This document shows, piece after piece, positions 16,416 through 26,551 of a DNA stretch of 27,883 bases; position 1 is the stretch's first letter; each line of letters starts with the position of its first letter. Source of the stretch: a bacterium (GTDB lineage: Bacteria; SZUA-182; DTGQ01; JAFGSM01); the NCBI GenBank assembly GCA_049472355.1, contig JBLIRP010000027.1:1-27883 (forward strand), given 5' to 3'. The notes below the pieces were generated by a model. It saw nothing but the letters and a program-made list of their open reading frames with translations. It searched no databases and was not told where the DNA came from. The position numbers and the translations under genes are program-made.

Positions 16416-16730
16416 ATGAGCACACCGTACGAGATTCTGGAGGTCGAGCCCTCCGCAACAGACGAGGAGATTAAAGCGGTCTACATCGAAAAGGTAAAGC
16501 GTTACCCGCCCGACAGGTTTCCCGAGACGTTCAAAGAGATCAGGGATGCCTATGAAAAGATCGCCACCCTCAAACATAGGATCGATTACCGGCTCTTTTC
16601 GACGGATCCGCCGGATCTGAACAGGCTTCTGGAGCGCCTTCTTTCGAAAGGCGAGAGAAAACGCCTCTCACCTCAATGCCTGGTTGAGACGGCACTGCAG
16701 GGCTTTCAGACACCAAAGCAACACGGATAA
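16416..16730 (+). CDS. Small J-domain (DnaJ-like) protein with non-canonical PPD motif
   Basis: PYEILEVEPSATDEEIKAVY...KRYPPDRFPETFKEIRDAYEKI; AAGGAGG RBS. Confidence 0.85.
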   Translation: MSTPYEILEVEPSATDEEIKAVYIEKVKRYPPDRFPETFKEIRDAYEKIATLKHRIDYRLFSTDPPDLNRLLERLLSKGERKRLSPQCLVETALQGFQTPKQHG

Positions 16731-16751
16731 CGGAAGGGGATAGACCAAGGG

Positions 16752-17654
16752 ATGAACAACGACGAATCAAAAACACCCTGCATAGAGAATGCCGCCGCTG
16801 ATGGTGAGAATCTGCCGGGGACGGTTCAACGGGGGACGGATGCCTCCGGATGCGACCAGCCCTCCGCTTTTGGCGTGGGTTCGTCGAACGATGAAGAACA
16901 GCAGGTTGCGGATGCCCATGAACATGAGAGAGCGCACGGGGAATGGGCGGAAGGGTTCAAAGAGGAGATGGTATCCAGGTTTCGCCTCTGGCTCGACAGC
17001 CAGGACATCGCGCAGGTGGCCGGGCGGGTGTTTGAAAATGCCGAAGGCACCTTCGCCCCCCCTGAAGCAATGGACCTGTTTACCCTTTTTTCCGAACTGA
17101 CCGCCTTGAAGCAGGAGGTCAAGATCGCTTCCAGGCAATGGAAGACCGGGGCGGACCAATGGGAAGGGACAACCCGGGGCCTGCAGAAGGCCTTGGATGC
17201 CTTGCAGGCGGAGCAGGCCCAAAGGCGCCGGGAAGCGGCCGAGGTTAAGAACGCCTTTTTGCGCCCCCTGTTGAATGACATCCTGGACATCCGCGACCGG
17301 ATGGAACAGGGGATCGATGCGGCCAGACACAATCACCCTTCCCTGCTGACAAGGGTGTTGGGCCGCGGGAAAGAGACGGGAGGGCTTATTGAAGGGCTCA
17401 TAGAGGGGCACAAGATGACCTTGAGGCGTCTTGACCGCGTGCTGGCATCTTACGGGGTCACACGGATCGAGGCGGAAGGGAAGGGCTTCGACCCTTTCCG
17501 CATGAGGGCGGTTGAGGTCGAGAGCCGGGGCGGCCTCCCCAATGGTTTGGTGATAGAGGAAATCCGCAAGGGCTTTTTGTTTTACGAAGAGGTCCTGCGG
17601 CCGGCGGAGGTCAAGGTGAATAAAATTGAGACACAAGAGACCAAAGATCAATAA
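16752..17654 (+). CDS. grpE: Nucleotide exchange factor GrpE family, N-terminally extended
   Basis: C-terminal GKGFDPFRMRAVE...VIEEIRKGFLFYEEVLRPAEVKVNK, with a coiled-coil middle. Confidence 0.88.
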   Translation: MNNDESKTPCIENAAADGENLPGTVQRGTDASGCDQPSAFGVGSSNDEEQQVADAHEHERAHGEWAEGFKEEMVSRFRLWLDSQDIAQVAGRVFENAEGTFAPPEAMDLFTLFSELTALKQEVKIASRQWKTGADQWEGTTRGLQKALDALQAEQAQRRREAAEVKNAFLRPLLNDILDIRDRMEQGIDAARHNHPSLLTRVLGRGKETGGLIEGLIEGHKMTLRRLDRVLASYGVTRIEAEGKGFDPFRMRAVEVESRGGLPNGLVIEEIRKGFLFYEEVLRPAEVKVNKIETQETKDQ

Positions 17655-17697
17655 ATGGCTTTTTATGAAGTGATCATGATTGCGTGAGGTAAAAGAC

Positions 17698-19473
17698 ATG
17701 GAAACCATCATAGGTATCGACTTAGGGACCACCAATTCGGAGGTGGCCGTCATAAAGGATGGCAGGGCGGTGGTGATCGGGGATGACAACGGTGAGAAGA
17801 TCATGCCCTCGTTTGTGAGCCTGTCCGATGACGGGGAGATCCTGGTGGGCGTGCCTGCCAGAAACCAGTACGCGCTTTATCCCGAGCGTACGGTCAGATC
17901 CATAAAGCGCAAAATGGGGACGGACGAGCGGGTGTCCCTCGGTGATGCGCTGTATACGCCTCAGGAGATATCGGCCATCATTTTGAGGGCATTAAAGCAA
18001 AGGGCGGAGGGATTTCTGGGGCATGAGGTGAAAAAGGCGGTGATCACCGTGCCCGCCTATTTTTCCGACGCCCAGCGACAGGCGACCCGCGACGCAGGGG
18101 AGATCGCAGGGCTGGAGGTGGCGCGCATCATCAACGAGCCGACCGCCGCATCCCTGGCCTATGAAACAGGGCACCATAAGGAGCAGAAGATCCTGGTCTA
18201 CGATCTGGGCGGGGGGACCTTCGATGTCTCGGTGGTGAGCATCCATGCCGGCCTGGTGGAGGTCCTCTCCAGCCACGGGAACAACCATCTGGGCGGGGAT
18301 GATTTTGACGAAAGGATCTACGCCTTTATACTCCAACACCTCAAAGATACACTGGGGAAGCAAGAGGCGGAAGGACTGAGCAGGGAGAGGCGTTTTCACG
18401 CCCGTCTGATCCGCTCGGCGGAGAAGGCCAAACGGGAGCTGAGCGACCGGCCCTTTGCCCTGGTTGAAGAGGAATATATGGCGAAGCAGGGAGGCAAACC
18501 CTTCCACCTGTCATTGGAGATCTCCAGGGCGGCGTATGAGGAGATGATCCATCCCTACATTGAAGAGACCCTGGAGGCCATTCATATCGCCCTGAAGGGG
18601 GCCGGCCTGACACCGTCTCAGATGGACAAGGTCCTGCTGGTGGGCGGGGCGACCCGCACGCCCCTTATCACCAGGATCATCGAAGAAAGGCTGGGCATCA
18701 CCCCCAGGCAGGAGCTGGAGCCGGACCTCTGCGTGGCCATGGGCGCGGCGGTCCAGGCGGGTATGATCGCGGGCGAGGAGGTCTCTGCGGTGCTGGTGGA
18801 TATTACCCCCTATACCTTCGGAACAAGCTACCTGGGTGAATTGGATGGAGATCCCCTTTATCCCCATGTATTCGCCCCGCTGATCAAAAAGAACACCCCC
18901 ATCCCGGTGTCCAAGAGCGAGGTCTTTTTTACCCTCCGCGACCGGCAGAAGGCGGTGGATGTAAAGGTCTATCAAGGTGAAAGCAGGGACGCGGAAGAGA
19001 ATGCCCTGATCGGGGAGTTCAGGGTCGAGGGGCTCGGCCCCATGCCTGCGGGCAATGAGATCATATGCCGATTTGATCTGGACATGGACGGCATCCTCCG
19101 GGTGTCCGCTGTTGAGAAAAGGACGGGCCTGAAAAGGAATATCGTCATCGAGAACGCCCTGTCTCAATTCGGGGTGGAGGAGAAAGAGCGGGCCAGGGAG
19201 AGGGTAGGACGTCTTTTTGAAACCGGAGGGACTGGGGAGACGGGTCGGGCGAATCAACCCCTGCTGACCAAGGAGGCCAGGGAAAGGATCGTGCAGGGCA
19301 AGGCCCTGGTTGAAAAGGCGGAAAAGATGTTCCCGGGTATCCCCGAAGAGGACAAGGAAGAGGTCATCAACCTCATCGAGGGGGTCAACGACGCCATCCG
19401 CAACGAAGCGTATGACAGCCTGGCCGCCCGTGTGGAGGACCTTTCGGAAATCCTCTTTTACCTGGGGGCTTGA
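17698..19473 (+). CDS. Hsp70 family protein (specialised DnaK paralogue)
   Basis: [51 protein letters not shown], and SBD VYQGE. Start set at ATG 17698 (GAGGT RBS). Linker [11 protein letters not shown] and a short lid differ from canonical DnaK. Confidence 0.95.
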   Translation: METIIGIDLGTTNSEVAVIKDGRAVVIGDDNGEKIMPSFVSLSDDGEILVGVPARNQYALYPERTVRSIKRKMGTDERVSLGDALYTPQEISAIILRALKQRAEGFLGHEVKKAVITVPAYFSDAQRQATRDAGEIAGLEVARIINEPTAASLAYETGHHKEQKILVYDLGGGTFDVSVVSIHAGLVEVLSSHGNNHLGGDDFDERIYAFILQHLKDTLGKQEAEGLSRERRFHARLIRSAEKAKRELSDRPFALVEEEYMAKQGGKPFHLSLEISRAAYEEMIHPYIEETLEAIHIALKGAGLTPSQMDKVLLVGGATRTPLITRIIEERLGITPRQELEPDLCVAMGAAVQAGMIAGEEVSAVLVDITPYTFGTSYLGELDGDPLYPHVFAPLIKKNTPIPVSKSEVFFTLRDRQKAVDVKVYQGESRDAEENALIGEFRVEGLGPMPAGNEIICRFDLDMDGILRVSAVEKRTGLKRNIVIENALSQFGVEEKERARERVGRLFETGGTGETGRANQPLLTKEARERIVQGKALVEKAEKMFPGIPEEDKEEVINLIEGVNDAIRNEAYDSLAARVEDLSEILFYLGA

Positions 19474-19474
19474 G

Positions 19475-19765
19475 ATGGATTTTCGCTGCCCCACCTGCAA
19501 GGCGCCATACACGGAAGGGACACAATGCTACCGGTGCCGGTGCGACCTACGCCCATTGCTGGCCATCCTCAGGCAGGCCACGGAATTGCGGAATCAATCG
19601 CTTTGCCTCCTCACGCAAGGGGAAATAGAACCGGCCAAGGATGCCATCCAAAGGTCCCTGTTTCTTTCACGTGACCCAAAATCCGAGGAGATTTATGCCT
19701 TGATCTGTGCATTTGACGGGGATTTCGGCAAATGCCTCCGGTATTTGAGTGGGGTCAGGTCTTGA
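19475..19765 (+). CDS. Small Zn-ribbon + TPR-like protein
   Basis: ATG 1 bp after the Hsp70 stop. MDFRCPTCKAPYTEGTQCYRCRCDL has two CxxC motifs, followed by a helical TPR-like segment; 96 aa. Confidence 0.75.
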   Translation: MDFRCPTCKAPYTEGTQCYRCRCDLRPLLAILRQATELRNQSLCLLTQGEIEPAKDAIQRSLFLSRDPKSEEIYALICAFDGDFGKCLRYLSGVRS

Positions 19766-19883
19766 ATTATAAGCGCAACACCTTACACGTATCCGACAAG
19801 GCACCCTGCAGGACGTTTCGGCATCGAGTCAAAATTCCACATTCAAGGCAGTCAGTCGTATTTCTCAAGACCGGCCAAAAACT

Positions 19884-20246
19884 ATGAGCCCTTCCGAATG
19901 GAAGCAATTACTCGATCGTATACTCGAGACCTTCACGATCCGGTACGATGACTTTTCCGCCGAGGCATACCGGCCGTACCGGCAACGACGCATTGTGGGA
20001 TTTGTTCGTTTCGAACGGAGGGAAATCCTTTTCGACCAGGACATCGAAGGGAGCACCGAGGAGGTGACCTGGGCGCACGAGGCATTGAGCATCCACTACT
20101 ACCATTTCCTCGGGATCATCAGGCATGACGACGAGGTGGAGCGTGAGGCGCGGTCATTGTGCAAGGATGCGGCCTATGTGGAAATACTCAGGAAGTACAT
20201 CCAAAAGGCGCGAACCGGGGCGATACAAGATAATCCAAGAAAATAA
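19884..20246 (+). CDS. Hypothetical protein, possible degenerate ImmA/IrrE-like zincin fold
   Basis: 120 aa; VTWAHEALSIHYYH...DEVEREA resembles T-x-AHExxH...E-x-EA. Confidence 0.6.
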   Translation: MSPSEWKQLLDRILETFTIRYDDFSAEAYRPYRQRRIVGFVRFERREILFDQDIEGSTEEVTWAHEALSIHYYHFLGIIRHDDEVEREARSLCKDAAYVEILRKYIQKARTGAIQDNPRK

Positions 20247-20288
20247 ATCGGAGACGCACGATGACGCATATCCGTTGCATACGAGGCA

Positions 20289-21974
20289 TCAGTACTCCAT
20301 GTGCTCCAGTTGCCTGTAACCCATGACCATGGGGGCGATGCCCACCACGGCCGTCATCACGACCGTGACCAGCCACGACACGGCAAGCATGCCGTGGAAG
20401 ATCTGTTCTGAAATGAACCCGTTCACCTCGAAATTGTAAAAGGGACCCAGAAAGGCCCCGATCACGATGACCACGTAAAAGAGCGCCACCACGAAATTGA
20501 GTGTCCCGCCGAATCCCGAAACGATCTTTGCGGTATTGTCCTCCCTGAAGTTCGGATACAGCGAGCCCAACCCGATGGACAGACCCACCAGGCCGAAGCT
20601 GGCAAGGCCTGCCACACCGCAGGACACGTAGATGAGCGGGCGGCTGGTCTTGAGGATGATATTGGTGGCCAGCATGAGGGATTCGCTGATAACCAGGATG
20701 CCGGCGAGGTAGGTGAAGAACTTCTGGAAGATCAGCCGCCGGAAGGTGATGGGGGCAAGCCCCAGCACCCAGATCTTGTTTCCCTCTAGGCTCATGAGCG
20801 GGAAGAGGAACCTCACGGTAAGCGAGGCAAGCACCAGAACGGTGGCCGTGAGATTGAGGAAGGTGATGTTGACCCTCCAGAAGGGGCTTATCGCCTCCGT
20901 GGGGATGTTCCGCAGGTTGAAGATGTATATCCCGAGGATGCTGAAGTAGAGGAGAAACTGCGACCACTGGGCAGGGTCCCTCAGGAAGATCTTGGTGTCC
21001 TTGATGATCATGGTCACGGTGGAGCGGGGCAGAAAGAACAAAAAAAAGGCCATGCGATTGATGATCCCCTTGTGCACCGGATAGGCCCGCTCCCTCCGCC
21101 CTCCCCGTGAGGTGACCCATCCCCTGAAAAAGGTCTTGTGCGCCACAAACCAGTTGATCTGGATGAGGAAGATCGTGGTGATCGTGAAGGTGAGGAAATA
21201 GAAAAGGGCGTCGGGAATGTTGTTGACACTCGAGCTGATGATGGATCTGGATATCCAGTATCCCGGGAACAGGGGATATCTGAAGAAACGCACGTGGTGC
21301 AGAAGGTCGTTCATGATGAATTCCATCTCCGTTTTCGCCGAGAAGGCGGGCCTGATATTGATCTTATAGGCCCAGTAGAACACCCCGATGAGGGCGCCCA
21401 CGGCTATGGCGAGGATATACTTTACCTTCTCGAAGTTCATGAATCTCATAATGACCAGGATGATGAGAGAGGCAACAGCGGTGGGCATGATGAGATAGGG
21501 GATGAAATAGAGCGGGATCACCCCGTAGAACCAGATGGGCACCTGCTTGATGAGGGCGTAGGCGATGAGGAAGGGGACCCCCAGAAAGAGGAAGGCCCAG
21601 GAACTGAAAAACACGGATTGCATGAACCGGTAAAAGAAGACGATCGTTTCACTTATGGGCTTTGAAAAGAGGAAATCCGTTTCCGATGCGGTATAGAAGG
21701 TCATGTAGCAGATGATGATGCTGCTCAGGACAAGCAGGATGAACAGGGCGGCAAAGAAGAGGTAGATCGTTTCATTCACCAGGATACCCCCCACCAGGGG
21801 GAACCGGTTCAGGAACCTGAACCCCTGGTATGAAATGCCCAGGGTGCCGAACCAAAAGGCCAGTACAAAACAAAGAATGAAGACTACCTTCAGCCGGGGC
21901 TCCTCCCGGACCCGGGCGCAATAATTCCTGAGCATCCATATCTGGGCCTTGATAATCCCGGTGAGTCCTTCCAT
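20289..21974 (-). CDS. Multi-TM ABC exporter permease
   Basis: 561 aa with many hydrophobic helices; IIKDTKIFLRDPAQWSQ and FPLMSLEGNKIWVL; follows an ABC ATPase. Confidence 0.9.
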   Translation of the reverse strand: MEGLTGIIKAQIWMLRNYCARVREEPRLKVVFILCFVLAFWFGTLGISYQGFRFLNRFPLVGGILVNETIYLFFAALFILLVLSSIIICYMTFYTASETDFLFSKPISETIVFFYRFMQSVFFSSWAFLFLGVPFLIAYALIKQVPIWFYGVIPLYFIPYLIMPTAVASLIILVIMRFMNFEKVKYILAIAVGALIGVFYWAYKINIRPAFSAKTEMEFIMNDLLHHVRFFRYPLFPGYWISRSIISSSVNNIPDALFYFLTFTITTIFLIQINWFVAHKTFFRGWVTSRGGRRERAYPVHKGIINRMAFFLFFLPRSTVTMIIKDTKIFLRDPAQWSQFLLYFSILGIYIFNLRNIPTEAISPFWRVNITFLNLTATVLVLASLTVRFLFPLMSLEGNKIWVLGLAPITFRRLIFQKFFTYLAGILVISESLMLATNIILKTSRPLIYVSCGVAGLASFGLVGLSIGLGSLYPNFREDNTAKIVSGFGGTLNFVVALFYVVIVIGAFLGPFYNFEVNGFISEQIFHGMLAVSWLVTVVMTAVVGIAPMVMGYRQLEHMEY

Positions 21975-21978
21975 CTCC

Positions 21979-22701
21979 CTATCCTTCTGCGGTGAGCCGT
22001 AAAAACACGTCCTCCAGCCCGCCGGCCTTGGTGGTGTCCTTCTTTATCTCCTGTACCGTGCCCAGGCTGATCAGCCGTCCCTTGTTTATGATCCCGATGC
22101 GGTCGGCGATCTCCTCCGCCAGGCTGAGGGTATGGGTGGCCATGAACACCGTGGTCCCCTGGCGGGTCCTCTCCTTGAGGATGTCCTTGACCAGGCGGAC
22201 GCTTCTCGGGTCCAGCCCCACCATCGGCTCGTCGATGATGATCACCCGTGGTTCATGGAGAAGGGCCGAGGATATGACCACCTTCTGCCTCATGCCGTGG
22301 GAATAGCCCTCCATGAGCATGTCCCCGTTGTCCTGCATCTGGAAGAGACCCAGGAGACGCTCCACCTCCGGTTCATAGTGGTCCTTTTTCAGGTCATACA
22401 GCTCGGCGGTGAAATAGAGGAATTCCCTGCCGGTCAATTTTTCATATACGTAGGGGACATCGGGCACATAGCTGATGAGCTTCTTCGCGGACAGGGCCTT
22501 TCTGGTCATGTCGTATCCCGCGACCCGCACCATGCCCGATGTCGGGCGCAGGAGCCCGGCGATGATCTTCAGGGTGGTGGTCTTACCCGCTCCATTGGGG
22601 CCAAGAAAGGCAAAGAACTCCCCTGCGGGTATGCTGAGGTTCAGATCATTCACCGCGAGGGTATTTCCAAAACGCTTTGTCAGACCCTCGATCTCAATCA
22701 A
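21979..22701 (-). CDS. ABC transporter ATP-binding protein
   Basis: GPNGAGKTT, YSHGMRQK, IIIDEPMVGLD, MATH. Confidence 0.95.
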   Translation of the reverse strand: MIEIEGLTKRFGNTLAVNDLNLSIPAGEFFAFLGPNGAGKTTTLKIIAGLLRPTSGMVRVAGYDMTRKALSAKKLISYVPDVPYVYEKLTGREFLYFTAELYDLKKDHYEPEVERLLGLFQMQDNGDMLMEGYSHGMRQKVVISSALLHEPRVIIIDEPMVGLDPRSVRLVKDILKERTRQGTTVFMATHTLSLAEEIADRIGIINKGRLISLGTVQEIKKDTTKAGGLEDVFLRLTAEG

Positions 22702-24193
22702 GGGGCTCCCTCCATGCCTGAGCGTCCAGTATCTCGATGTCGATCCTTCCCAAGGTCACGGCGAGTTTCGCCTGGGCGGAAAAATCGCCCGAGACCAGTT
22801 CGAAATGGGTTGCATCCGCCACAGGCTGCCCAAAGGTGGGATCACAATGCACCCACTTCCCTACAAATATCTTCGGCCATGCGTGATAGTAAAATCCGTC
22901 CTCCATGTATACAAACCCCGCGCACATCTCCGCGGGAATGCCGCATGCCCTGGCGAGGGCCACAAAGAGCACCGTGTGTTCATTGCAGTCCCCCTCCCTG
23001 TTCGCCAGCACCGAGGTGGCAACCGGGATACCGACGCTGAAGGACTTGTTTATGTTTTTATGGACCCACGTGCCGATCATCTTTGCGGCACGCCATCCGT
23101 CCCGTTCCCCTTTGATAATCCTTTCCGCCCTCTTAACGATCGCCGGGTCCGAGCTCTGGATCCACAGGGAGGGGCGCAGATACTCCCTCAATCCGCTATC
23201 CCGATAGGGCAGGGATATCGACTCCTGCCCGCTGGGAGCGATCGCCCGTATTTCAACGATCCCCTCCTTCCGGTCAACGAGATCCTGCCGTTCCCCGTCA
23301 AAGGGGAAATCCACCAGGTCAATGCCGGAGACCTTAATCCGCATGAACCCCACCTGGCGGGGGGATGGGATCCTTCGCATGGTAATGACGGCGGCCTCGC
23401 TGAGTATGTCCACCCCCTGGTGGGCATGTTCACTCATGTGCCGCTCCACCTCCTCCCGGGTCTCCAACTTCATGACCCATCCGTTTGGCGTCTCTTCCCT
23501 GACCACGTGGCCATCCTTGTCGATCCACGAGTTTGAGGACAAACCGGAAAACTTCGTCTCCAGAAGCAGCAGATCGTTCTTTCTGCCGACCACCCGCACA
23601 TCCGTGGAATCCACCGTAAAAGTAACGGGGTTGAAGAGGCTCAGCGTGTACGTATCCCCCACCTTGAGCCCCTTTCCCCGATATATGGAGAGGATGCTGT
23701 TTTCGAGAAAGAGATCGTCGCTTGCAGGGAACACCTTTTTATACCGTGCCTTGCCGTACCGGATCTCCAGGAGCATATTGTCCCCCAGCCTCTTGCCCGT
23801 CAGCATGATATGGGTCATCCCCGAAAGGCGCGCCTCAAATTTCAGTACACGGAAATCGGCATCAAGGACCTGGACCGAGGTGATCTCGATCTCCTTCAAC
23901 TGGTCAAACATGCTGAAGCGCAAAAAGGAGGTCCCATTGATGAGATATCCCTTCCGGTCCCCTTCGGTGTATGGACCCATGATCATGTGAACGTATCCTG
24001 CCCACTGGTTCGAGATGTAGATGCTCTTCCACGCGTCCATCTCGATATCCCGGGGGATGAGCTCCCTGAAATTCCCGCGCACTCCCCTGGGTTTCAGCAT
24101 GCCCTCCCTTTTTACCAGGAGGGTCATTGCCACCATCCAGGAGGCAAGGATAACGATATTCAGGATGACAAAGAAAACCCGGCCCTTCTTCAC
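22694..24193 (-). CDS. Membrane-anchored transglutaminase-like domain protein
   Basis: N-terminal TM segment; Cys-His-Asp triad motifs GDCNEH, YYHAW, HCDPTFGQ. Start set at GTG 24193 (GTGA overlap with the cutA stop, GGAGGT RBS). Confidence 0.88.
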   Translation of the reverse strand: MKKGRVFFVILNIVILASWMVAMTLLVKREGMLKPRGVRGNFRELIPRDIEMDAWKSIYISNQWAGYVHMIMGPYTEGDRKGYLINGTSFLRFSMFDQLKEIEITSVQVLDADFRVLKFEARLSGMTHIMLTGKRLGDNMLLEIRYGKARYKKVFPASDDLFLENSILSIYRGKGLKVGDTYTLSLFNPVTFTVDSTDVRVVGRKNDLLLLETKFSGLSSNSWIDKDGHVVREETPNGWVMKLETREEVERHMSEHAHQGVDILSEAAVITMRRIPSPRQVGFMRIKVSGIDLVDFPFDGERQDLVDRKEGIVEIRAIAPSGQESISLPYRDSGLREYLRPSLWIQSSDPAIVKRAERIIKGERDGWRAAKMIGTWVHKNINKSFSVGIPVATSVLANREGDCNEHTVLFVALARACGIPAEMCAGFVYMEDGFYYHAWPKIFVGKWVHCDPTFGQPVADATHFELVSGDFSAQAKLAVTLGRIDIEILDAQAWREPLD

Positions 24194-24495
24194 CCGGTGA
24201 CCTCCCCGATCCATGCAAGATACTCCGGATTCCCCGTTTCGATGTCCACCACGATCACCTCGGGGACCTCGTAGGAATGGAGCGTTCTCACGTTCTCGAT
24301 CACCTCGTTAACCAGTGAAGGTGTCGTTTTCATAAGGAGTATTGATTCCTTATCGGCTTCTATTTTCCCCTTCCACCAGTATTTGCTCATCACGCCCGGA
24401 ATGATGTTGACGCAGGCAACCAGCCTTTTCTCCAATAATCGTTCCGCCAGTTTGTCCGCCTCTGCTTCGGGGCAGGTACTCATGATCAGCTTCAT
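24190..24495 (-). CDS. cutA: Divalent-cation tolerance protein CutA
   Basis: LLEKRLVACVNIIPGVMSKYWWKGKIE...LHSYEVPEVI...GNPEYLAWI. Confidence 0.95.
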   Translation of the reverse strand: MKLIMSTCPEAEADKLAERLLEKRLVACVNIIPGVMSKYWWKGKIEADKESILLMKTTPSLVNEVIENVRTLHSYEVPEVIVVDIETGNPEYLAWIGEVTG

Positions 24496-24554
24496 ATGCT
24501 CACCCCCTTTCGCACTGTCGATGCCATTCCATCATAGGACGCACCGTGCCTGTT

Positions 24555-24570
24555 TGCAATGCCCTTGCCG
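24555..24570 (-). promoter_or_regulatory. Candidate sigma54 promoter upstream of cutA operon
   Basis: Minus strand CGGCAAGGGCATTGCA: GG-N10-GC with TTGCA, about 60 bp upstream of the cutA ATG. Confidence 0.45.
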
Positions 24571-24699
24571 GGGATCATTTCAGGCAGGCATGCAGCAATG
24601 CTGATTTGAACCTCCGGGAAATGAATAGGGGCAGACAAATTTAGTCCGATACACGGGAAGGGGGGTGCATTGCGCATACTGGATTTACCCTTCCGGACC

Positions 24700-24708
24700 T
24701 GGTATAGT
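24700..24708 (+). promoter_or_regulatory. Extended -10 element upstream of oxidoreductase alpha
   Basis: TGGTATAGT (TGn-TATAGT); no convincing -35 box. Confidence 0.4.
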
Positions 24709-24834
24709 TATTGTAGACATCAGGTAATGTTTCCTCCACAATGGTTTCTGCTCACGTAACGATTCCTTAAAGGCCATAAAGCGGGCGAGTGCAACCTCGT
24801 CATGCCCACCCAAAAGGATCTCGGAGGTAATTGT

Positions 24835-26547
24835 ATGGATTCTTCGGCTCCGTCACATCCGGACGATATCTCGATTGTCCTGTGCGGCGCTGCAGGGCAG
24901 GGTATTCAAACCATCGAACATATCCTGACCCAGGTGTTGAAGCTGTCGGGATACAATGTATTCGCCACCAAGGAATACATGTCCCGCATCCGGGGGGGAA
25001 GCAATTCCACGGAAATCCGTGTGTCTTCTAAAAGGGTCGCCGCCTCCCTCGACCGGATCGATCTCCTCGTGCCGCTTGACAACAGCGCCATCCCTCACCT
25101 GGAGTCCAGGATCTCATCATCGACCGTCATCCTCGGGGAACGGACGAAACTTACCACCAAGCTCGAGATCACGGACATCCCCTTTTCATCCATTGCGGCT
25201 GAAATCGGCGGCCAGATCTATGCAAACATGGTCGCCATAGGGGTGATCGCCGGGCTGTTTCGATGCGAAAAGCCCCTGCTCGACCGCTATATCGCCGCCT
25301 ACTTTGCAAAAAAGGGCGAGGCGATTGTCGAAAAAAACAGGCAGGCGGTACGGAAGGGATTCAAGATCGCTGCGGACCTTCTCGATAAGGGGAAAATCAC
25401 CATCGATATGCACAGCGACAAGAAGGTGGGAAAGGAGATGCTCCTCACCGGCGCCGAGGCGGTATCCCTGGGCGCCATCGCGGGCGGGTGCACCTTCATC
25501 GCCGCCTACCCCATGTCCCCCTCCACCGGGGTGCTTACCTTTCTCGCCCAGCACGCACAGGAGTTCGGGATTGTTGCGGAACAGGCCGAAGACGAGATCA
25601 GTGCAATAAACATGGTCGTTGGGGCGTGGTATGCGGGCGCCCGCGGCCTGGCATCCACCTCCGGGGGAGGCTTCGCCCTCATGGAGGAAGGACTCAGCCT
25701 CGCCGGCATGATCGAGTCACCGGTGGTGATTCACCTGGCCCAGAGGCCGGGGCCTGCCACAGGCCTTCCCACCAGGACGGAGCAGGGAGACCTGGAGCTT
25801 GCCCTCTACGCCGGGCATGGGGAATTCCCCAGGGCCATCCTTGCCCCGGGAAGCATCGGGGATGCCTTCCATCTCACCCGGCATGCATTCGATCTGGCTG
25901 CACACTGCCAGGTCCCCGTGTTCGTGCTGACCGATCAATACCTGATCGATTCCCTTGCCAACGTACCGCCGTTCGATGTGTCGGATCTGCAGGTGGAACA
26001 CCATATCGTGGAGACCACCGCCGGGTACCGCCGTTTTGCCTTCACCGAAACCGGCATCTCCCCGAGGGGCGTCCCGGGGTTCGGATCGGGGCTCGTGGTT
26101 GTGGACAGCGACGAACACGACGAGGAGGGGCACATCACCGAGGACATGGAGATTCGCACCCGGATGGTGGAGAAAAGGCTCAGGAAGATGGAATCCCTGC
26201 GGCAGGAGGCCATCCCCCCCGATTTGCTCGGCGCGGAGGAGTATACCACCCTGGTCATCTGCTGGGGCACCACCCTTCACGTGGTGAGGGAGGCGGTTGA
26301 GCAACGGGGTAACAAGGGTGTTGCCATTCTTCATTTCAGGCAGGTATATCCGATCCACCCCGCAGCCACCGACTATTGTGCGAGGGCGTCCAGGAGGGTG
26401 ATCGTGGAAAACAATGCCACCTCCCAATTCGGGAGGCTGCTCACGCTGCATACCGGTGTGGAAATGGACCACGCCATCCTCAAATACAACGGCCTCCCCT
26501 TTTCCGTGGAACAGGTGGTCGAACGGCTTAAGGCCCTGGGAGAGTAG
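24835..26547 (+). CDS. 2-oxoacid:acceptor (ferredoxin) oxidoreductase, alpha subunit (gamma-alpha fusion)
   Basis: [54 protein letters not shown]. Start set at ATG 24835 (GGAGGT RBS). Confidence 0.95.
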   Translation: MDSSAPSHPDDISIVLCGAAGQGIQTIEHILTQVLKLSGYNVFATKEYMSRIRGGSNSTEIRVSSKRVAASLDRIDLLVPLDNSAIPHLESRISSSTVILGERTKLTTKLEITDIPFSSIAAEIGGQIYANMVAIGVIAGLFRCEKPLLDRYIAAYFAKKGEAIVEKNRQAVRKGFKIAADLLDKGKITIDMHSDKKVGKEMLLTGAEAVSLGAIAGGCTFIAAYPMSPSTGVLTFLAQHAQEFGIVAEQAEDEISAINMVVGAWYAGARGLASTSGGGFALMEEGLSLAGMIESPVVIHLAQRPGPATGLPTRTEQGDLELALYAGHGEFPRAILAPGSIGDAFHLTRHAFDLAAHCQVPVFVLTDQYLIDSLANVPPFDVSDLQVEHHIVETTAGYRRFAFTETGISPRGVPGFGSGLVVVDSDEHDEEGHITEDMEIRTRMVEKRLRKMESLRQEAIPPDLLGAEEYTTLVICWGTTLHVVREAVEQRGNKGVAILHFRQVYPIHPAATDYCARASRRVIVENNATSQFGRLLTLHTGVEMDHAILKYNGLPFSVEQVVERLKALGE

Positions 26548-26551
26548 ACCG

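Noticed and set aside
17698..19473. Calling the Hsp70 housekeeping dnaK
   Set aside because: Divergent linker, SBD and C-terminus, no full-length dnaJ or hrcA, and atypical partner genes.
19310..19474. N-terminal extension of ORF 19310-19765
   Set aside because: It overlaps Hsp70 in another frame; ATG 19475 is the plausible start.
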